From a virus (Duplodnaviria > Caudoviricetes): 26,298 bases of DNA. Position numbers and translations under genes: made by a program. Of the stretch, positions 17,121 to 24,700 are shown piece by piece (positions within the stretch are counted from its first letter, which is position 1; every line of letters begins with the position of its first letter). The stretch lies in the IMG/VR virus record IMGVR_UViG_3300025712_000364, positions 1 to 26,298 of that record; one strand, 5' to 3'. The notes beneath the pieces were generated by a model. The model was not told where the DNA came from. It made no database searches and saw only the letters and a list, made by a program, of their open reading frames with translations.

Positions 17121-17767
17121 GAATATTTATAGGAAGTGATTCACGTCATCCGCAAGCTACAAAAGTAGTTAGAAAGTCTATACTAGACAACGGTGATCAC
17201 GAGGTTATGTCTTTAGTAAAAGCGCAGCTAATTAAGCGTGGTATTTATGGTAGAAAAGATGTGCCTAATGAATCAACAGAATTTTCTTTTACAAGGTTTT
17301 ATACACCTTTGTGTAACAACTGGAATGGCATAGCCATCTTCTGTGATAATGACTTCGTTTGGAAGTGTGATCCTGAAGAGATTGTGCAGTACTTAGGAGA
17401 TAAAACAGTAGCGGTTGTAAAACATAAAATTGATGATGTTAAAGGAACAAAGATGGATGGAGTTAAAAACAAAATGTACCCAAAGAAATGTTGGAGTTCA
17501 TTAATGGTATTTAACTGTGAGAAATTAAAAGGTATATTAACTAAAGAATATTTAGACAATGCTACACCACAGCAATTACATCAGTTTGAGTGGGTAGATG
17601 ATAGTGAGATAGCTGAGATACCCGTTAAATATAATCACTTAGTAGGTTATTACGAAAAAAATGATGACATAAAAGCGATACATTATACTAACGGTGGGCC
17701 TTGGTTTGATAAGTATAAGGATGGAGAGTTATCAGAAGAGTGGTGGAGCGTATACAACAGCTTGTAA
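17117..17767 (+). CDS. GT-A glycosyltransferase (GT8-like / plant CDI-like family)
   Basis: IFIG.DSR, STEFSFTRF, AIFCDNDF (DxD), VVKH, KMDG...YP.K.WSS.M.FN, LHQF.W and HYT.GGPWF. Confidence 0.85.
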   Translation: MRIFIGSDSRHPQATKVVRKSILDNGDHEVMSLVKAQLIKRGIYGRKDVPNESTEFSFTRFYTPLCNNWNGIAIFCDNDFVWKCDPEEIVQYLGDKTVAVVKHKIDDVKGTKMDGVKNKMYPKKCWSSLMVFNCEKLKGILTKEYLDNATPQQLHQFEWVDDSEIAEIPVKYNHLVGYYEKNDDIKAIHYTNGGPWFDKYKDGELSEEWWSVYNSL

Positions 17768-18534
17768 AAAATAAATCAGTAATACTTGTTGGCAACTCTG
17801 TAGAGTTAATGCATCATGATTATGGCAAGTTCATAGATAGCCATGATATTGTTGTACGCTTTGGTAGAGCTGTTGATAGTATAGCTGATGATAAAGGAAA
17901 ACAATTAGGTAGTAAAACAAACATATGGGTGACTGGTCAGTTCAGAGCTCCTATATGGAAGAGGCGTAATAAAGAATTTACAAAAGGTAAATTTAAAGAT
18001 GTTGAAATATTACTTAATAGATGTCGTGGTAATTTTTTACTCAAAGACTGGGTATTAGAAGATCATCTACCAAAGGGTATGCCTTATACTCAGATGTGGT
18101 CAGACGCAGAACTAGAATCACTCTGGAACGGTTTTGGCAATTCAATGTACAGCTTACAACTCAGGCCTTCAGCTGGGTTTTTAACAATACTATATTTTAT
18201 TAGGGAAATTAGTACTCAAAAGAAATTGAGTATTATTGGATATGACTTCTTTCATAAGAGCGTAAAGAAGAATACATATATGGCTAAGAACGTAAAAGAC
18301 GGTAATGGTGAATGTGATCCTCACAGCTGGCATTTACCTCTTTATACTACAAGGCATTCAGCGCATGATCGTAATTTAGAAAATCAATATGTGAGTAAGT
18401 TAGAACGTGATGGTTTGCTTGAGTGGCACGCGTTAAGTGATATGAAAAGAAATAAAGTTAAATATACTGGTTGGATGAAGGGTCAGAAGATAATAAGAAG
18501 TGTGGCTAGAAAAACGGCTGTGTCAAAAATCTAG
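17740..18534 (+). CDS. GT29 (sialyltransferase-like) glycosyltransferase, candidate CMP-Kdo transferase
   Basis: Sialylmotif L-like VILVGNS..L....G.FIDSHD.VVRF...LGSKT, S-like PSAGF...LSIIGYDF and VS-like HDRNLE (HxxxxE). Confidence 0.8.
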   Translation: MVERIQQLVKNKSVILVGNSVELMHHDYGKFIDSHDIVVRFGRAVDSIADDKGKQLGSKTNIWVTGQFRAPIWKRRNKEFTKGKFKDVEILLNRCRGNFLLKDWVLEDHLPKGMPYTQMWSDAELESLWNGFGNSMYSLQLRPSAGFLTILYFIREISTQKKLSIIGYDFFHKSVKKNTYMAKNVKDGNGECDPHSWHLPLYTTRHSAHDRNLENQYVSKLERDGLLEWHALSDMKRNKVKYTGWMKGQKIIRSVARKTAVSKI

Positions 18535-18643
18535 CTATAACCTCAGCTATAACCTCAATAATTAATAATATAACAATTGGTAGTATATATTCCCACCAGT
18601 CATATTTACCGTTTTCATTTAAATCAAAAAAATTAAATTTCAT
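18506..18643 (-). CDS. Small membrane protein with EF-hand-like loop (45 aa)
   Basis: Hand translation MKFNFFDLNENGKYDWWEYILPIVILLIIEVIAEVIARFLTQPFF*. ATGA overlap with the upstream gene. Confidence 0.65.
   Translation of the reverse strand: MKFNFFDLNENGKYDWWEYILPIVILLIIEVIAEVIARFLTQPFF
18533..18556. repeat. Perfect 12-bp tandem duplication AGCTATAACCTC x2
   Basis: Seen directly. Encodes EVIA-EVIA in the minus-strand ORF 18506-18643. Confidence 0.8.
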
Positions 18644-18894
18644 TTTGCTCCGCAAGGCTTGCCGTTGGCTATGTTAACCCAATTTTCTTTTTGAAACCAG
18701 TCACGTAATGTAGCACCTTTTTTTCTAGCACCTTTAACATTAGACTTACTGGATCTTTTATATTTACCTTGAGCTGCAGCAGATCTCTTGGCACTAATTA
18801 CTTTTTGCCTCTGCTCTTTACTCATACTTTTGTATTTCTTATATGGTAAACAAACTTTCTTTGTTCCACCACCCTTTACTTTACTTTTTGGCAT
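18640..18894 (-). CDS. Small basic protein (CLP / L..WF..E.WV.I..G..CG motifs)
   Basis: Lys/Arg-rich 84 aa. The motifs recur in aquatic phage structural-region proteins. Confidence 0.7.
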   Translation of the reverse strand: MPKSKVKGGGTKKVCLPYKKYKSMSKEQRQKVISAKRSAAAQGKYKRSSKSNVKGARKKGATLRDWFQKENWVNIANGKPCGAK

Positions 18895-19442
18895 TATACC
18901 TTATCTTTAATGTGGTTATACATTGCATCACCTATTTCCTCTCCAAACGTTGAGTCTGATTTATAGTGTGCTTTAGCTACATTTCTGCTATATGAAATAT
19001 CTTTACCAGCCTGTATGAAGTCCTTTGCTGCATTAGGATGTTTATCTGCTAATAATTTACCTATCATAACACCTTGTGCTGAGTGACCTGATGGGTATGA
19101 AGGTGTCTTCATGCTGTTAAGCTCATATTGCTTTAAATCAATATCAATTTCTTCTGCAACTCTTTTAGGCCTAGGTCTTTTATAAAACCTTTTTAGTTCT
19201 AATATAGGCTTTGAACTTTGTTCTATTAAAGAATCAACTAATTTCTTATCGTGCGATACTTTATTTTTTTTAGCAACATTACTAAATGTACCTGCTATAT
19301 CGTCTTTATCATCAACAAATTTTTTATTCATTGGTATCTTTGATATTTCTTTTACCTCATTGTAAGTACCAAGTGATTTATTTGCAGGTGGTTTTTTACC
19401 TTTAAACTTATCAACATCAAAGTCTTTAAATAAATCTTTCAT
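18894..19442 (-). CDS. PAP2 / class A acid phosphatase-family protein
   Basis: K...KRPRP, PSYPSGH and SR..A.AHY.SD, the three PAP2 motifs. Start reassigned to ATG 19442. Confidence 0.9.
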   Translation of the reverse strand: MKDLFKDFDVDKFKGKKPPANKSLGTYNEVKEISKIPMNKKFVDDKDDIAGTFSNVAKKNKVSHDKKLVDSLIEQSSKPILELKRFYKRPRPKRVAEEIDIDLKQYELNSMKTPSYPSGHSAQGVMIGKLLADKHPNAAKDFIQAGKDISYSRNVAKAHYKSDSTFGEEIGDAMYNHIKDKV

Positions 19443-19543
19443 TTTTTTACACAATTGGGTACACGTCTGCCACCCTTCTTTTTGAAGCCAACTTGTTTAT
19501 AACCAGTCCAACATTTAGGTTTTTTCTTATAATCTTTTTTCAT
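19439..19543 (-). CDS. Small basic protein (CW.GY...VPNCV type, 34 aa)
   Basis: Hand translation MKKDYKKKPKCWTGYKQVGFKKKGGRRVPNCVKK*. Coupled to neighbours at both ends. Confidence 0.7.
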   Translation of the reverse strand: MKKDYKKKPKCWTGYKQVGFKKKGGRRVPNCVKK

Positions 19544-19686
19544 TACTTCTTCTTTTTACCTCCACCAAATCTACCTGGACCACCAGCTTTAGTACATCTC
19601 ACACCCCATCCTGAAGCGTAAGCGCTAGGCCATACTTTAAATTTCTTTTTTGCTGCAGCTTTACATGCCGGACTAATTTTACCCAT
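19543..19686 (-). CDS. Small basic protein (PSAYA type, 47 aa)
   Basis: Hand translation MGKISPACKAAAKKKFKVWPSAYASGWGVRCTKAGGPGRFGGGKKKK*. Confidence 0.7.
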   Translation of the reverse strand: MGKISPACKAAAKKKFKVWPSAYASGWGVRCTKAGGPGRFGGGKKKK

Positions 19687-19688
19687 AA

Positions 19689-19847
19689 TTATTTGTTTTT
19701 ATAAGGAAACATTATATTCAAAGCTTCACGTCTACCTTCGCATCCGCAGGGTATATTTAAACCATCTGATACTCTATCTACTACAGACTTAATACCAGTT
19801 TTACTTGTGAAGTTATGTATACTATCTCCTAATCCTCTTGATTTCAT
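19689..19847 (-). CDS. Small protein (GLGD...CGC..R...LN type, 52 aa)
   Basis: Hand translation MKSRGLGDSIHNFTSKTGIKSVVDRVSDGLNIPCGCEGRREALNIMFPYKNK*. Confidence 0.7.
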   Translation of the reverse strand: MKSRGLGDSIHNFTSKTGIKSVVDRVSDGLNIPCGCEGRREALNIMFPYKNK

Positions 19848-19851
19848 TTCT

Positions 19852-20025
19852 TTATTGCCAAGGTAACATAGTCATACCTATTTTATTTAATAAGTATTCT
19901 ATAAGTATAAACCCAATGCCACCGATTACTACTTGATAAAACCACCATTTCCAGCCTGTTAAAGATAAAGCCCACTTGCGTATCGGTGATTTCATAGCAA
20001 GATTATATAAATATTTTTTTAACAT
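19852..20025 (-). CDS. Small membrane protein (57 aa)
   Basis: Hand translation MLKKYLYNLAMKSPIRKWALSLTGWKWWFYQVVIGGIGFILIEYLLNKIGMTMLPWQ*. Confidence 0.6.
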   Translation of the reverse strand: MLKKYLYNLAMKSPIRKWALSLTGWKWWFYQVVIGGIGFILIEYLLNKIGMTMLPWQ

Positions 20026-20267
20026 TTCCATCTGCGTCTAGCGGCTTTACCTCTTTCACCTGTCCAACCTTTTGATCTAGCGCAAAATGATTTTCTACGT
20101 TTAGCAGCTTTACTACCAGGCTTTACTTTACCGGTTACAGCTGTTTTTAATTTACTACCAGGATTTTTCTTTTTGTATTCTCTAACGCCTTTAGCTGTCA
20201 TGCCAGCTCCTTCTTTAGTTGATCTAAAGTTACGTCCCTTTCCCTTTGTAGTTTTTCTTATTGCCAT
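20019..20267 (-). CDS. Small basic protein (DUF6321-like)
   Basis: G.T.KG...Y...NPGSKLK.AVT...RRKSFCAR..G...A.RRWKC. Confidence 0.75.
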   Translation of the reverse strand: MAIRKTTKGKGRNFRSTKEGAGMTAKGVREYKKKNPGSKLKTAVTGKVKPGSKAAKRRKSFCARSKGWTGERGKAARRRWKC

Positions 20268-20768
20268 TTAATTATTTTTTTTACCGCCACCTGTTGATGT
20301 GACTGGATTTACAGCAACTGGGTTACCTCCACCGCCTGTTGTGTTACCACCATAGCTTTGTGATCCACCAGCGTTACCCACTGTGATAGGTGCGTTATTA
20401 TTATTATTTGGGTTTGGTATTACATAACCATATGTGCCATTTGCTTTACCATGATATCTCCACCTGCTATCGTGATATCTGTAATCATACCTATAATCAT
20501 TATATGGATTATAATATCTATTATCTTGCCATCTAACAAAGTCGTAACCAACAACATTATAAGTTTGTTGTGGTCTTATTTGATCTATTTTTATCTTAAC
20601 GGTGTCACCCATTTTAGTTAAAGCAAGTACATGTGTGACCATTACTTGATTATGATCTATCCCTCGGTATAACATAGGTGAACAGCTTGATAGCGCGCCT
20701 GCTAATAAAACACCCACAAGTGCTCCTATTGTTATTAATCTCCCTAAGTTTCTTTGTTTTTCTGTCAT
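20268..20768 (-). CDS. Lipoprotein with Tyr/Gly/Asn-rich low-complexity tail
   Basis: Hydrophobic signal ending LAGALSSC (lipobox). ATG at 20768. Confidence 0.7.
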   Translation of the reverse strand: MTEKQRNLGRLITIGALVGVLLAGALSSCSPMLYRGIDHNQVMVTHVLALTKMGDTVKIKIDQIRPQQTYNVVGYDFVRWQDNRYYNPYNDYRYDYRYHDSRWRYHGKANGTYGYVIPNPNNNNNAPITVGNAGGSQSYGGNTTGGGGNPVAVNPVTSTGGGKKNN

Positions 20769-20884
20769 GTCCAAATTTTATAAATGTAATGTAATACTAA
20801 AATAGCTACAAGCAAAGCGCATTGTAGAAAAAATATAATTCCAACCACCTTGTCTTCAGGCTTTACGTTGTTCCATTTAATCAA
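20765..20884 (-). CDS. Small membrane protein, holin candidate (39 aa, TTG start)
   Basis: LIKWNNVKPEDKVVGIIFFLQCALLVAILVLHYIYKIWT*. TTGA overlap with the endolysin stop and ATGA overlap with the lipoprotein start. Confidence 0.45.
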   Translation of the reverse strand: MIKWNNVKPEDKVVGIIFFLQCALLVAILVLHYIYKIWT

Positions 20885-21342
20885 GCTGCGTAATTTGCGT
20901 ATTGAGTTTTACCGTCTTTTCTAAATGCTACTAGGCATCTGTTTCTATTTTCACCCGGGTTAACGTAGCTTACGTGTACCCAGTCAGGATTTTTGTGGTC
21001 ACCAAACTCCCAAATCATCTGATCAAATTGTAAATTATCTTTTATAAAGTTAAACATCTCAGCGTTTGTCTTATGCCCATACACATCATCTATGTCAACC
21101 GCTTGACCATTACAATGTTGTGACTTGCTGCTACCGCCGATAGCTTTATTTAATTCTGGTCCACGATAAAATGAATTTATCCTGACAGGACCACCAACCC
21201 ACTCTCTGAGTGGTTCAAATACTTTTACAGCTAACATCTTCATATTGTTAAGATGTTCTTCAGTTGGATTGTTTTCTAAGCCAAGGCGTTTTGCTGTTAT
21301 GCTGTACTTACCTTCGCGCATACTAACGTGCTTGCTAATCAT
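20881..21342 (-). CDS. Peptidase M15 family endolysin
   Basis: EPLR....P..INS.YR..ELN.AIGGS..SQH..GQAVD and WVHVSY, giving Zn ligands H, D, H. Confidence 0.92.
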   Translation of the reverse strand: MISKHVSMREGKYSITAKRLGLENNPTEEHLNNMKMLAVKVFEPLREWVGGPVRINSFYRGPELNKAIGGSSKSQHCNGQAVDIDDVYGHKTNAEMFNFIKDNLQFDQMIWEFGDHKNPDWVHVSYVNPGENRNRCLVAFRKDGKTQYANYAA

Positions 21343-21346
21343 TTAA

Positions 21347-21649
21347 TTATCTTTTATACACTTTGTTTTCTAAGTCGCTAACTTTTTCTTCAAGTTTTTC
21401 TATTTCTTTTTCCAAGTACGTAACTTTTTGTTTCAATAATAAACCGTCAGATGTTTCTTTTACTTCATATGTAGGTAGTTCTTTAGCTAGTTCTATTTCT
21501 TGCTTAAGGTTGTTATAACCCATAGTACCAGAGATAATAAAGCCTATAACTATCGCAATACTTTTTACGTCGATCTTGAAGTCTGGCTTTTTATCGCCAT
21601 CTATATCTATACCAATTGTTTTATCGCCTAGTTCTTCGATTTGTTTCAT
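21347..21649 (-). CDS. Membrane-anchored coiled-coil protein (holin/spanin candidate)
   Basis: DIDGDKKPD loop, one TM segment (SIAIVIGFIISGTMGY) and a C-terminal heptad coiled coil. Immediately upstream of the endolysin. Confidence 0.65.
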   Translation of the reverse strand: MKQIEELGDKTIGIDIDGDKKPDFKIDVKSIAIVIGFIISGTMGYNNLKQEIELAKELPTYEVKETSDGLLLKQKVTYLEKEIEKLEEKVSDLENKVYKR

Positions 21650-21716
21650 TATGAAAGGGATTTAGTTGTTGTGTTTTGTGCTGCCATTATTTATTATTAC
21701 TTGTTTTCAATATTCT

Positions 21717-24700
21717 TTACCTGTTTTTTCTACCTGTTCTACCCTTTCTACCGCCTCTACCTTTTGGCTTTTTCGTTGTCTTTTCACTTAAATCTAATAT
21801 ATCTAAAACAGTTGGAGGTTTGGCCAGACCAAAGTCATATGTTGACCATCCTAAGCTCATTAGTATTCTTTCGTATGATTTGTATCCCTGATCGTGTAAA
21901 TCAACACCAGCTTCTATTTGTCTTATTAACCTTTCTATTCTATCAGTTGGTAGACCATAAATAAATGAAGGTGTTTCAATTAATAAATCTTTATAATTAC
22001 CTTTACCTATAGCATTAATTATCTTAGCTGCTTTTCTAAATTTAGTAGATATTGTAGGTGATATTTCTAATACTTTAACATCTAAATTTCGCCTGTTACC
22101 TCTTGCTATTTCAATACCTATATTTTTAACTACTGATAGTATACCACCAACTATACCACTACCTCTTAATATAGAATCTAGCGCTGCGTTTAAGTAATCT
22201 ATCTTTTGTTTTTCTTCAACTTCTTCACCTTCACCTAAAGCAAACATAAGTATTATAGCTTTTTGTAAACCGGCAAACAATAAGTTTTGATAAGCCATAA
22301 ACTGAAACATTTGCCAAGCTTGTTCTAACCTACTATCACGTAAAGATTTAAATGTACCATCTGCGTTTTTAACTCTTCTACCATTTTTAAAGTCATTAAG
22401 TGCTTTCTTACCTAACCTTGTGTACTGCATTGTAACGTTTTGAAACGTTAAGAATATTCTACCCATAACACTAGCTTGTTGCATAGATATTAAATCAGCT
22501 CTTGCGGACTGCTGTGAGGCTTCAGCTTTTTCTCTAAAGTCTCTCATAGCTGTTCTCTCTGCTTGTACCTGATCCATACCCTTACTAACATAATCATTAA
22601 TAAGGTTTCTATAATAAGCCGCACCACCAAATGCTATAGCTAAACTATCCATAAACCTAGTAGGCGCATAACCTTTATTTTGTAATATGCTAGCTAAACG
22701 TAAGAATGGATCTTTTTCAGATGCTACAGTACGCTGTATCTCTTCTTGCACAATATCTATTTTACCTCTGCCTCTTCTGTTTCTTAAAAACTCTGAGTTC
22801 CATAGTGCTGTAAAATCAGCAACCCATTGTTTTCTATCCATAACTCTAGCTAGCGTATTAAATAAGTTATTAGGTCCAGTAACCTCTATAAAGTTTGTTG
22901 CTGATATAGACTGTAACAACGCTGATCTTATATTCACAAACATTATATTACCTGTAGCAAAGTTTAACCACTTAATCCAAGGGTTATTTATTTGACTAGC
23001 GTTCCTGTTAACACCTTCTTCCATCCTAAAGAATATATCTTCTAATGCCTCTCTAAACTGAGTGCCATATATAGCTTGAATCTTATTCATCATCTCAGGT
23101 GTAAACACATTGTATCTATTGTCAATGAATTCTTGATGTATACTTGGTCGTATAAATTTAAACACAAATTCTACATCAGAGTTTATATCTTGTTGTTTCC
23201 AGTATTGTGTTGGTGGTGGATACAATTCAAATAAAGGTACTAACGCGGGTTTTATGTTATCGTTTAATAATTCAAAAACATTATCAGCATAGTTCTTTAG
23301 TTGCTGATCTTTCATTACATAATCTAATAACTTATCAAACTGTTCTGTTGTTACACCAGGTATATCATGTCCTGCTCTCCACCATAAATATATTCTAGCA
23401 GCATCCATACGTGTAAACTCTGGCATAGCATCTTTGTATAAATCTTGTACAAAGTCTTTACCGTACATTTTCTTTAGATTAACCATGCCATCTCTAATGG
23501 CTAACTTAATTCTATCAAGTGCACGTTCTGCTCTAGCATAAGGCCTTAGTATAGTTTCCTCAAACCACACTTTATCAGACTCACCTTTTCTACCTTTACC
23601 AGCTATGTGATTGTCCCATAACCCTTTTAAATCTTCAGCAGACGGTGGAATAAATATTTGATTAATTTTTGATCTAAAGTTAAATAGTTCTTTTAACCAA
23701 AAACCAGGTCTACCCTTTTCTCTTGCTTCTGTTTCATCTACAGTTCTACCTGCAACGTCACTATCAGGATTATTTTCGTCTAATATTTTATCTAATGTTT
23801 TTTCTGTTGATCCTTCTTTACTAAACTTTTGCCTTGCTTGATATATCTTACCACCAATGTTAAACATATCTATTACATCGGCTACTGCTTTAACATTTTT
23901 AATAGCATCATCAGCAAATAATATATCATTATAACCTTCTGCTACCTTGCTAGTTATCCAGTCTGCTTTAGCTTGTGGCGTACCATTTTCTAGTCCAATT
24001 ATATTTTCTATTTTTAAGTCTAAACCTATACCACTTAAAAACTTTTGTATAGCTGGTGCAGCATCTTGTGGCCTTGCTGTTAACACAAATATATCTGTGT
24101 TACCAAACTTATCTTTTAATGCTTGTGCTTTGCCAAAAAAAGGTCCACGTTTACCAGCTTTTACCTTAGTAAATTCACTAAAATCAAAATCTGCTCCTTT
24201 AGCTTCTAAGGCTTCAGAACGTGTTGCAAACTCTGTAGCATCTATTTTACCCTTAGTTCCGTTAGGAAGCGTGTAAAGCACCTTAGAAGTAGTTTTAGCT
24301 AACGTGTCATCAAAGTCTATAACGCTAGCGCCTTTTTGTTTTGCGTTAGGATCAATTGATTTTTTCATAGCAACAACAAAGTGTTGTGCTGCTTTAGAAT
24401 CTGATCGTTTTTCAACGCTATTTTTTGCTCTTATGTTTAGCCTTTGTAATGACTTTTTACTAAACACGTCACCAAACACATCACCGTTATTTATATTTTT
24501 TACAGGATAAAAATTGTCTTTGCCAAAATTTGCTATAGTATAATATCTATTAGCTAAAGCATTGTCACCAGCTTGATAACCTCTAGCCATTAACGATCCC
24601 ATAGGTATCTGCTTATCCATAGTCTCTGGTATAATAGCAACTTCATATTTAGACATTAACTTTTTAAGATCTGCTTTTGTCTTTCCTTTGTTTAAGTAAT

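Noticed and set aside
1056-17559. Alternate-frame and antisense ORFs in the track (e.g. 1056-1244, 1421-1627, 1967-2233, 2077-2325, 3885-4190, 6429-6635, 7378-7707, 9290-9478, 11243-11425, 11545-11730, 13133-13411, 14794-15012, 15989-16201, 16589-16792, 17299-17559)
   Set aside because: They lie within well-supported genes and have no motifs, so they are treated as shadow ORFs.
15743-18534. Host LPS/capsule locus (bacterial chromosome or prophage boundary)
   Set aside because: The genes are overlap-coupled to phage nrdA, similar in AT-richness and flanked by phage genes on both sides. No waaA, kps, lpx or transporter genes are present.
20275-20410. Gly/Asn-rich low-complexity stretch as a DNA repeat element
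   Set aside because: It is explained by the protein tail of the lipoprotein (NNNNN, GGGG) and has no regular repeat unit.
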